The notes under the pieces were generated by a model. That model had not been told where the DNA came from, did no database searches, and saw only the letters and a program-made list of their open reading frames with translations. From the NCBI GenBank assembly GCA_032251515.1, contig JAVVDU010000003.1, positions 36,330 to 100,329 of the forward strand: a stretch of 64,000 nt of DNA. The letters are read 5' to 3'. Below are positions 57,345 to 64,000 of the stretch, piece by piece (within the stretch, counting starts at the first letter, position 1; every line of letters starts with the position of its first letter). A program made the translations under genes and the position numbers. Source of the stretch: Gemmatimonadota bacterium (GTDB lineage Bacteria > Gemmatimonadota > Gemmatimonadetes > Palauibacterales > Palauibacteraceae).

Positions 57345-58684
57345 GCCTTCCCGCCGCCCGCCCCGTCCGGTGCGGGCCCGTCCCGCGCGGTCCCGTCCGT
57401 CGTGGCCCCGTCCGGCGCGCCGGGATCTTCCTGCCCGGCCGGAGAGCGGACCGGCGGCGCCAGGCGGGTGATCCGCACGCACAGGACCTGGGTTTCGCTG
57501 GCCTCCACGACCTCCAGCCGCACGTCTCCCGTGTCGAGCCGCTCGCCGTCGCCGGGGACGCGGCCGAACGCGTCGAGGAGAAACCCGTTCACCGTGCGGT
57601 GTTCGAGCACCGGGAAGCGGGTGTTGAAGAAGTGGTTCACCTCCTTCAGGTCGGTCCCGCCGTCCACCAGGATCTCGTGCCGCCCCACCCGGGCGATCGA
57701 CTCCTCCGGCACGTCGAGCTCGTCCGCGATCTCGCCCACCAGCTCCTCGAGGACGTCCTCGAGCGTGATGATCCCGTCCGTGCCCCCGTGCTCGTCCACC
57801 ACCACGCCCATGTGGATGCGCCGCGCCTGGAACTCGCCCAGCAGGTGGACCAGCGACACGGAGTGGGGCACGAAGAAGGGCTCGCGCGCCAGCTCGCCGA
57901 TCTGCACGTCGCGCTGTCCCGAGATCAGCGACTCGTAGGCTTCGCGCACGTGCAGGATCCCGGTGATCTCGTCCAGCGAATCACCGTACACGGGGATGCG
58001 GCTGTAGGGCACCTCGTGCAGCTCGGGCGCGATGTCGACCAGCGGCCGCCGGGCCGGCCACGCGAAGATCTCCACCCGGGGCGTCATCACCTCCCAGGCG
58101 CGCATCCGGTCGAGGGCGAAGGCCCGCTCGACGAGCTGCCGCTCGTGCTCCTCGATCGAGCCGGCCTGGTGCCCGAGCCGCGCCAGGGACTGGATCTCGG
58201 ACGGGGTGACGCCGGGCACGGGAACGTCCTTCGGGAGCAGGAGACGACTCAGGGCCTCGAGGGGAAGAGCGACCGGAAGCAGCAGCCGGCTCAGCCACAG
58301 GAAGAACGGCGACACGATGAGGGACACCCGGACGGCGTGCGTGGCGGCGAACGTCTTCGGGATGATCTCCCCGAAGAACAGCACCGCCAGCGTCATGACG
58401 CCCGTCGCGATCCCCACGCCCGCCGACCCGAACGCCTGCGTGGCCGCCCAGGTGGCGACCGACGCTGCGGCGATGTTCACGACGTTGTTCCCGATGAGGA
58501 TCGTGACCAGCAGCCGCTCGGGGTTCGACTTCAGGGCGTGCATGGCCGCCGCGCCGTGCCGGCCTTCGTCGGCGAGGGCGCGGGCACGGGCCGGCGGGAC
58601 GGAGAACAGCGCGATCTCCGTCCCCGAGAACAGGCCGGACAGGAGGACGAGGCCCGCGAGCAGCAGCAGCAGTCCGACGGTCAC
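57314..58684 (-). CDS. CNNM/HlyC-CorC family protein (DUF21 membrane domain + CBS pair + CorC_HlyC domain)
   Basis: GTG at 58684 (GGAGG 6 nt upstream). LSGLFSGTEIALFS (DUF21), CBS region (VMTPRVEIF...IPVYGDSLDEITGILHV) and MGVVVDEHGGTDGIITLEDVLEELVGEI. A low-complexity C-terminal tail overlaps the convergent pilD by 31 nt. Confidence 0.85.
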   Translation of the reverse strand: MTVGLLLLLAGLVLLSGLFSGTEIALFSVPPARARALADEGRHGAAAMHALKSNPERLLVTILIGNNVVNIAAASVATWAATQAFGSAGVGIATGVMTLAVLFFGEIIPKTFAATHAVRVSLIVSPFFLWLSRLLLPVALPLEALSRLLLPKDVPVPGVTPSEIQSLARLGHQAGSIEEHERQLVERAFALDRMRAWEVMTPRVEIFAWPARRPLVDIAPELHEVPYSRIPVYGDSLDEITGILHVREAYESLISGQRDVQIGELAREPFFVPHSVSLVHLLGEFQARRIHMGVVVDEHGGTDGIITLEDVLEELVGEIADELDVPEESIARVGRHEILVDGGTDLKEVNHFFNTRFPVLEHRTVNGFLLDAFGRVPGDGERLDTGDVRLEVVEASETQVLCVRITRLAPPVRSPAGQEDPGAPDGATTDGTARDGPAPDGAGGGKAQAGGRNSDR

Positions 58685-58712
58685 CCGTGCCTCCGCACTC
58701 CGGGCTCCCCGC

Positions 58713-59729
58713 TCAGGCGAGGATCGCCGCGACGAGCTCGGCGATGATGTCGTCGGCGGTGCGGTCGGCGGCCTCGGCCTCGAACCCGGGCACGACCCGG
58801 TGGCGCAGGACGTCGGGAGCCAGCGCGCGCAGGTCCTCGAGGTCCGGCGAGGCGCGACCGTCCAGGGCGGCGCGGGCGCGCGCGCCGAGGACGAGGTACT
58901 GGGAGGCGCGCGGGCCGGCGCCCCACGCCACCATCTCCCGCACGAACGGCGGGGCCTCGCGATCGTCCGGACGGGTCGCGCGCACGAGGCGCACGGCGGC
59001 CCGCAGGATCGACGGGGCGACGGGGACGCGGCGCACGAGGCCCTGGAATTCGGCGAGCCCGTCCGCATCGAGGACCGAGTCCACCGCCTCGGTCGCGCCC
59101 GCGGTGCCGCGCTCCGCCACCGCGATCTCCTCGTCGAACTCCGGATAGCCGATCCGCAGCTCCAGCATGAACCGGTCGAGCTGCGCCTCGGGCAGCGGGT
59201 ACGTGCCCTCGTGCTCGATCGGGTTCTGGGTGGCCAGGACGAAGAAGGGCCGCTCCAGCCGGTACGTCTCGTTGCCGGCCGTGACCTCGCCCTCCTGCAT
59301 CGCCTGGAGGAGCGCGGCCTGGGTCTTCGGCGGGGTGCGGTTGATCTCGTCGGCCAGCAGCACGTTGGCGAAGATCGGACCGCGCACGAACCGGAACACC
59401 CGCCGGCCGGTCGCGGGATCCTCGTCCAGCACGTCGGTTCCCGTGATGTCGGACGGCATGAGGTCCGGCGTGAACTGGATGCGGTGGAAGCGCAGTCGCA
59501 GGGTGTCGGCGAGCGTGGCGATGAGGGTCGTCTTCGCGAGGCCCGGCACGCCGACCACCAGGGCGTGCCCGCCGGCGAGGAGCGTCACGAGCAGCTTCTC
59601 GACGATCTCGGCCTGGCCGACGATGCGGCGGGCGATCTGCGTCTCGAGGGCGGCACGGGTCGCCGCGAGCCTCTCGAGCAGGGCTTCGTCGCCTTCCGGA
59701 CCTCCCGCGTCCGTCACCCTTCCGGTCAT
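58713..59729 (-). CDS. MoxR-like AAA+ ATPase
   Basis: IVGQAEIVEKLLVTLLAGGHALVVGVPGLAKTTL, RIQFTPDLMPSDITG, LADEINRTPPKTQAALLQAMQE, ATQNPIEHEGTYPLPEAQLDRF. Confidence 0.9.
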   Translation of the reverse strand: MTGRVTDAGGPEGDEALLERLAATRAALETQIARRIVGQAEIVEKLLVTLLAGGHALVVGVPGLAKTTLIATLADTLRLRFHRIQFTPDLMPSDITGTDVLDEDPATGRRVFRFVRGPIFANVLLADEINRTPPKTQAALLQAMQEGEVTAGNETYRLERPFFVLATQNPIEHEGTYPLPEAQLDRFMLELRIGYPEFDEEIAVAERGTAGATEAVDSVLDADGLAEFQGLVRRVPVAPSILRAAVRLVRATRPDDREAPPFVREMVAWGAGPRASQYLVLGARARAALDGRASPDLEDLRALAPDVLRHRVVPGFEAEAADRTADDIIAELVAAILA

Positions 59730-59840
59730 GCCCCAGCCCGCTTCATAAGTGATTCCGTCGCGACCGCCCGGCCGCCCGGATCCTGCACCGCGCCGCCGGG
59801 AGCGTAGGCCGGACCGTCCCGGCCCGTCAAGGAGATCGCC

Positions 59841-59869
59841 TTGCGGGGATTTTCACAAGCGGGTATAGT
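59841..59869 (+). promoter_or_regulatory. Candidate sigma-70 promoter of the atp operon (TTGCGG-17-TATAGT)
   Basis: -35 at 59841-59846, 17-nt spacer containing an AT-rich patch (ggattttcacaagcggg), -10 TATAGT at 59864-59869. The TTG start of track ORF 59841..60188 coincides with this -35 element. Confidence 0.45.
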
Positions 59870-59897
59870 CGCCGCGGTCGTAACCGGGAGTGGCGGC

Positions 59898-60188
59898 GTG
59901 GTGCAGAAGCCGGAAGAGGGAGACGATGGTTCCCTCGCCCAACTGGGCCGCTACGGCGGACACGGCCTGACGCTCGGCCTTTCCACCGCGTTGTTCGCCT
60001 GGATCGGCTGGCGGGTGGACGAGCGGCTCCACACGGGGCCGCTCTTCGTCATATTGGGGACGTTCACGGGATTCGCGGCGGGCTTCTACAGCATGTACCG
60101 TCGACTCGTCATCGAGCCGCGCATCGCGGCGCGGGACCGGGACGCGAGGGACGAACCCGGCAGCGGCGACGGGGCGACGGGTGGCTGA
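59898..60188 (+). CDS. AtpZ/ATPase_gene1-like small membrane protein preceding the atp operon
   Basis: GTG at 59898 (GGGAG 8 nt upstream). Two predicted TM helices (GLTLGLSTALFAWIGWRVDERL, PLFVILGTFTGFAAGFYSMY), as in small proteins encoded at the head of F-ATPase operons. Confidence 0.6.
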   Translation: MVQKPEEGDDGSLAQLGRYGGHGLTLGLSTALFAWIGWRVDERLHTGPLFVILGTFTGFAAGFYSMYRRLVIEPRIAARDRDARDEPGSGDGATGG

Positions 60189-60576
60189 GCGGCTGCGCGC
60201 GCGTCCCGCGGCCTATGCGGGGCTGACGCTCGTGCTGTCGGCCGCCGCGTGGTTGACGGCCCGGGCGGCCGGCGCGCCGCCGGGGCCGATGGCGGCCGGC
60301 CTGGGGCTCGCCTGGACTCTCCAGGTGCTCGGCTTCGCTCGACTGGCGGGGGCGCTCGCCTCGGGCGGCGCGGTCGCCGGGGCGTGGGTCGGCGGCATGG
60401 CGGTCCGGTTCGCGGGGCTGGCGGCCCTGTGGCTCGCCAGCGTGGTCGTGGGCGGAACGGTCAGGGTCACGGCCCTGGCGTACGCGTTCTCGCTGGTGGG
60501 ATTCCTGCTGATCGAAGCGGGGTGGCTCGCGGTGGCGGCGCGCCCCGCCCGGCAGACGGACGAGGGACGGGGATGA
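60181..60576 (+). CDS. atpI: ATP synthase protein I-like hydrophobic protein
   Basis: 131-aa protein with about four TM helices, located between the AtpZ-like gene and atpB. The GTG at 60181 overlaps the upstream gene by 8 nt, and the stop overlaps the atpB ATG. Assignment rests on position and topology only. Confidence 0.5.
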   Translation: MAERLRARPAAYAGLTLVLSAAAWLTARAAGAPPGPMAAGLGLAWTLQVLGFARLAGALASGGAVAGAWVGGMAVRFAGLAALWLASVVVGGTVRVTALAYAFSLVGFLLIEAGWLAVAARPARQTDEGRG

Positions 60577-61595
60577 GACGCAGGTTCGCAACGCTGTTCC
60601 TGGCGCTGCTGGTCGCGGCGCCGCCCGCGGGGACGCGGGCGGCGGGCGCGGTCGCGTCCGTCGTGACCCCCCAGGAGCACGGGGAGCCCGCCGCGGCCGG
60701 GGGCGCCGGCGTCGACGAGGGCGACGCCGAGGAAGGCCACGCCGAGGAGTGGGGCACCGACGCGATGATGCACCACATCGTAGATGCCCGCGAACTCGAG
60801 CTGTTCGGACAGAAGATCTCGCTCGAGCCCCTGTCGGTGCCGCCGGTGCACGTGGCCGGCCTGGAGATCGACGTGTCGCCCACGAAGCACGTCGTGTTCC
60901 TGTGGCTCGCCTCCCTGCTCACCGTGCTCACCGTGTGGCTGGCGGCCCGCCGCTCCGCCCGCACCGACCACGGCCGCGAAGCGCCGCGCGGCATCCTGAA
61001 CCTGTTCGAGTCGTTCTATGTTTACCTGCGCGACGACGTGGCGCTGGCCAACATCGGGCACGGCGGGGAGCGCTACGTCCCGTACGTGGTGACCCTGTTC
61101 TTCTTCATCCTGTACGCGAACCTGCTCGGCCTCGTGCCGGGCGGCGCCACGGCCACCTCCAACATCATGGTCACCGGGGCGCTGGCGCTCATCTCCCTCG
61201 CGATCGTCGAGGCCTCGGGCTTCGCGGCACTGGGGCCGAAGGGGTACCTCGGCACGATCTTCTACGTGCCGAAGGGCCTGCACCCGGTCATGCAAGCCGT
61301 GATGCTCGTGATCATGACGCCGGTGGAGCTGATCGGGAAGCTCGCCAAGCCGTTCGCGCTGGCCGTGCGGCTGTTCGCGAACATGACGGCCGGCCACTTC
61401 GTGATCCTGGCCCTGCTGGGACTGATCCTGACGTTCGGGAGCTTCACCAGGGCCACGGGGCTCGCCGCGATCGGCGGCTCGCTCCTGCTCGGCCTGTTCG
61501 TGATGTTCCTCGAGATCTTCGTGGCCTCTCTCCAGGCCTACATCTTCACCGCCCTGACGGCGGTGTTCATCGGCCTCATCCGCCACGCGCACTGA
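60573..61595 (+). CDS. atpB: F0F1 ATP synthase subunit a
   Basis: The ATG at 60573 overlaps the atpI-like stop (ATGA). Conserved LAVRLFANMTAGH (essential Arg) and LQAYIFTALTAVFIG. Carries an N-terminal signal-like, acidic extension of about 100 aa. Confidence 0.9.
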   Translation: MRRRFATLFLALLVAAPPAGTRAAGAVASVVTPQEHGEPAAAGGAGVDEGDAEEGHAEEWGTDAMMHHIVDARELELFGQKISLEPLSVPPVHVAGLEIDVSPTKHVVFLWLASLLTVLTVWLAARRSARTDHGREAPRGILNLFESFYVYLRDDVALANIGHGGERYVPYVVTLFFFILYANLLGLVPGGATATSNIMVTGALALISLAIVEASGFAALGPKGYLGTIFYVPKGLHPVMQAVMLVIMTPVELIGKLAKPFALAVRLFANMTAGHFVILALLGLILTFGSFTRATGLAAIGGSLLLGLFVMFLEIFVASLQAYIFTALTAVFIGLIRHAH

Positions 61596-61652
61596 GCCGG
61601 GCGGGGAGCCGCAACGGGGAGTTCACCCGGGAACTGCAAGGAGACCGCACAG

Positions 61653-61910
61653 ATGCTGAACACGCTCGCTCTTCTCCAGGATGCCGGCAGCGGCCTCGGC
61701 GACATCGGGGCCGGGATGGCCGTGCTCGGCGCGGCCGGCGTCGTGATCGGGGCCGGGATCGGGATCGGCCGCATCGGCGGCCAGATGGCCGACGCGATGG
61801 CCCGCCAGCCCGAGGCGGCGGCCCAGATCCAGACCGGATCCATCATCCTCGCCGCGCTGATCGAGGGCGTCGCCCTGTTCGGGCTCGTGATCGCCGGCTT
61901 CATCAAGTAA
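61653..61910 (+). CDS. atpE: F0F1 ATP synthase subunit c
   Basis: 85 aa, with AAGGAGA Shine-Dalgarno sequence. Hairpin topology with GAGIGIG, a loop ARQPE, and the ion-binding Glu in LIEGVALFGLVIA. Confidence 0.9.
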   Translation: MLNTLALLQDAGSGLGDIGAGMAVLGAAGVVIGAGIGIGRIGGQMADAMARQPEAAAQIQTGSIILAALIEGVALFGLVIAGFIK

Positions 61911-61930
61911 GGAAGGACCGGTCAGGGAGA

Positions 61931-62494
61931 ATGCTGACACGGCGAATCGCGGCGGCGGTCGCGCTGCTCGTCCTGCTGCCCGACGGCCTGCTCGCGGCGG
62001 AAGGCGGGTCGGGCATCTTCTCGCTGAATCTCGGCCTGGTCGTGTGGACCTGGGTCCTGTTCCTGCTGACCCTGGCGGTCCTGGCCTGGAAGGCGTTTCC
62101 GGCCATCGCCGGGGGCCTGGAGAAGCGGCAGTCGCGGATCCAGGAGGCGATCGACTCGGCCCGGGCCGACCGCGAGGAAGCCCGGCGGCTGCTGGACGAG
62201 CACCAGCGGCAGCTCGACGAGGCCCGGCGCGAGTCGAAGGAGCTGCTCGCGCAGGGCCGGGAGGCGGGAGAGCGGCTGCGGGAGGAGATCCTGGCGCGGG
62301 CGCGGGCCGAGCACGAGGAGATGCTCGAGCGGGCACGGCGCGAGATGGCGCGGGAGCGCGACGAGACGATGGCCTCCGTCCGCAGCGAGGTCGTGGACAT
62401 CGCCCTCGCGGCGGCCGAGCGCGTCGTCCGAGAGCGGCTCGACGATGAGGGGAACCGGCGGCTCGTGACGGACTTCCTGGCGGAGGTCGAGTGA
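61931..62494 (+). CDS. atpF: F0F1 ATP synthase subunit b
   Basis: ATG at 61931 (AGGGAGA upstream). One N-terminal TM helix (VVWTWVLFLLTLAVLAW), then a long charged coiled-coil (RQSRIQEAIDSARADREEARRLLDEHQRQLDEARRE...). Confidence 0.85.
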   Translation: MLTRRIAAAVALLVLLPDGLLAAEGGSGIFSLNLGLVVWTWVLFLLTLAVLAWKAFPAIAGGLEKRQSRIQEAIDSARADREEARRLLDEHQRQLDEARRESKELLAQGREAGERLREEILARARAEHEEMLERARREMARERDETMASVRSEVVDIALAAAERVVRERLDDEGNRRLVTDFLAEVE

Positions 62495-63111
62495 GCCGGG
62501 AGTCGGTGGCGCGGAACTACGCCGGGGCGCTCCTCGAGCTGGCCGGGCGCGAGGACGCCGAGGAGGCGTGGCTCGGCCACCTGGCCGACATCGCCGCGCT
62601 GTTCCGGGACAGCGACAGGTTCCGGGCCTTCCTCCTCACGCCGCGCGTGTCGGCGGACCGGAAGGAGGCCACGCTGCGGGAGGCGCTGGGAGACCGGTTC
62701 CCCGAGCCGTTTCTCCGCTTCCTGCTCGTGGTGATCGAGAAGCGGCGCCAGGGGCTGCTGCCGGAGATGGAGGAGGCCTGCCGCGAGCTCCTCAACGAGC
62801 GGTCCGGCCGGGTGCATGCCCGCGTCACCCTGCCGTTTCCGGCGGACGAGGCGCTGCGGGCCCGGGTCGAGACGGAGCTGGCGCGGGTGCTGGACGCGGC
62901 GGTCACGGTGGACTACCGGACGGACGAGGCTCTGATCGGAGGTCTCGTGGTGCGGGTGCGGGACCGGGTGCTGGACGGCTCGGTGCGGCGCAAGCTGCAG
63001 GTGATGCGGCGGACCCTGCTCGAGGAGCGGTCCGGCGCGGCGACGGGCCGGCGGGACGGGCCGGCCGCGGAACCTCAACGGCGGGAACACGGGAAACATG
63101 GCGACGTTTGA
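62491..63111 (+). CDS. atpH: F0F1 ATP synthase subunit delta (OSCP)
   Basis: The GTG at 62491 overlaps the atpF stop (GTGA). [13 protein letters not shown] at the N-terminus and [22 protein letters not shown] near the C-terminus, followed by a low-complexity tail. Confidence 0.85.
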   Translation: MSRESVARNYAGALLELAGREDAEEAWLGHLADIAALFRDSDRFRAFLLTPRVSADRKEATLREALGDRFPEPFLRFLLVVIEKRRQGLLPEMEEACRELLNERSGRVHARVTLPFPADEALRARVETELARVLDAAVTVDYRTDEALIGGLVVRVRDRVLDGSVRRKLQVMRRTLLEERSGAATGRRDGPAAEPQRREHGKHGDV

Positions 63112-64000
63112 CGCGACCCTGCGGGCCGGCGAGATCAAGAAGGCGCTTCTCGAGCGGATCGACCGCTTCGACGAGGAGCTCCAGCTCGAGGAGGTGGGCG
63201 AGGTCCTCGAGGTGAAGGACGGCGTGGCGAGGATCTGGGGGCTCTCGTCCGCCGTGGCCAACGAGATGCTCGAGATCGAGTCGTCCGAGACGGGCGAGGC
63301 CGTGGTCGGCCTCGCCCTGAACCTCGAGGAGGACAACATCGGCGCGGTGATCCTGGGCGACTACCTGTCGCTCAAGGAAGGGGACGTCGCCCGCCGCACC
63401 GGCCGCGTCCTCGAGGTGCCCGCCGGCCCGGACTTCCTGGGGCGCGTCGTGAGCCCGCTGGGCGATCCGCTGGACGGCAAGGGCGCGATCCGCGCCGCGG
63501 CGACGATGAAGGTAGACCAGAAGGCGCCCGGGATCGTCTACCGCCAGCCGGTGAAGGAGCCCCTCCAGACTGGCCTCAAGGCGATCGATTCGATGATCCC
63601 GATCGGCCGCGGGCAGCGGGAGCTGATCATCGGCGACCGCCGGACCGGCAAGACGGCGATCGCGATCGACACGATCATCAACCAGCGCGGCGGAGATGTC
63701 ATCTGCGTCTACGTGGCGATCGGGCAGAAGGCATCCACCGTGGCCTCCGTGGTCGCCCGGCTCGAGGAGGAGGGCGCCATGGACTACACGATCGTCGTGG
63801 CCGCGAACGCCTCCGATCCGGCGACGCTCCAGTACATCGCGCCGTACGCCGGCTGCGCGCTCGCCGAGTACTTCATGTACAAGGAGGGCCGCCACACGCT
63901 CGTGATCTACGATGACCTTTCGAAGCAGGCGGACGCGTACCGCGAGATCTCCCTGATCCTGCGGCGCCCGCCGGGGCGCGAGGCGTATCCCGGCGACGTG
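63098..64000 (+). CDS. atpA: F0F1 ATP synthase subunit alpha (5' partial; continues beyond the window)
   Basis: Open frame from the ATG at 63098 to the window end. It is absent from the ORF track because no stop is reached. Hand translation gives ...[15 protein letters not shown]..., Walker [19 protein letters not shown], and [30 protein letters not shown]. Confidence 0.9.
   Translation, partial: MATFDATLRAGEIKKALLERIDRFDEELQLEEVGEVLEVKDGVARIWGLSSAVANEMLEIESSETGEAVVGLALNLEEDNIGAVILGDYLSLKEGDVARRTGRVLEVPAGPDFLGRVVSPLGDPLDGKGAIRAAATMKVDQKAPGIVYRQPVKEPLQTGLKAIDSMIPIGRGQRELIIGDRRTGKTAIAIDTIINQRGGDVICVYVAIGQKASTVASVVARLEEEGAMDYTIVVAANASDPATLQYIAPYAGCALAEYFMYKEGRHTLVIYDDLSKQADAYREISLILRRPPGREAYPGDV

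Overview
High-GC (roughly 70%) bacterial chromosomal window that is densely coding and mostly core/housekeeping. I support about 58 CDS, one tRNA and a few regulatory elements. I saw no rRNA, CRISPR array, transposase or prophage signature. Most very long ORFs in the six-frame track (for example 5482..13803 minus, 1224..3701 minus, 39484..42558 minus) are stop-free antisense or off-frame artefacts of the GC content; many true genes are the C-terminal parts of merged ORFs, so I re-derived their starts by hand.

Gene order, left to right:
- class-V aminotransferase and serA (plus strand)
- a minus-strand operon: lipoprotein, kbl, rpe, JAMM protease, Ubl-E1-rhodanese fusion
- a TonB-like gene and a ~2080-aa SprA/Sov-like (T9SS translocon family) outer-membrane protein
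- a large type IV pilus/competence block: comEA, pilB, pilT, pilC, hypothetical, pilS, pilR, pilA, two minor pilins, pilMNOPQ, followed by aroC-aroK
- topA-trmFO-xerC-hslV-hslU, then gcvT, mogA and an orphan sigma-54 activator
- a minus-strand proteostasis block: dnaK, degP, tRNA-Leu(TAG), tig, clpP, clpX, engB, lipoprotein
- rhomboid, a NupC-type transporter, purine nucleoside phosphorylase, thiD, a TrmH-family methyltransferase, pilD, a CNNM/CorC-type protein, MoxR
- the start of the F1Fo ATP synthase operon: atpZ/I-like genes, atpB, atpE, atpF, atpH, atpA (partial at the window end)

The most unusual item is a JAMM metalloprotease gene overlapping a single ORF that fuses a MoaD/ThiS-like ubiquitin-like domain (with an internal Gly-Gly) to a ThiF/MoeB E1 domain and a rhodanese. 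Other points worth a second look:
- a near-consensus sigma-54 promoter with upstream palindromes at pilA
- a consensus sigma-70 promoter before pilM
- an 11-bp x5 helically phased tandem repeat before mogA
- a truncated GT-C-like fragment after pilA
- a sigma-54 activator with a degenerate receiver domain
- pervasive 4-nt ATGA/GTGA start-stop overlaps

The lineage guess (Gemmatimonadota-like) is inference only.
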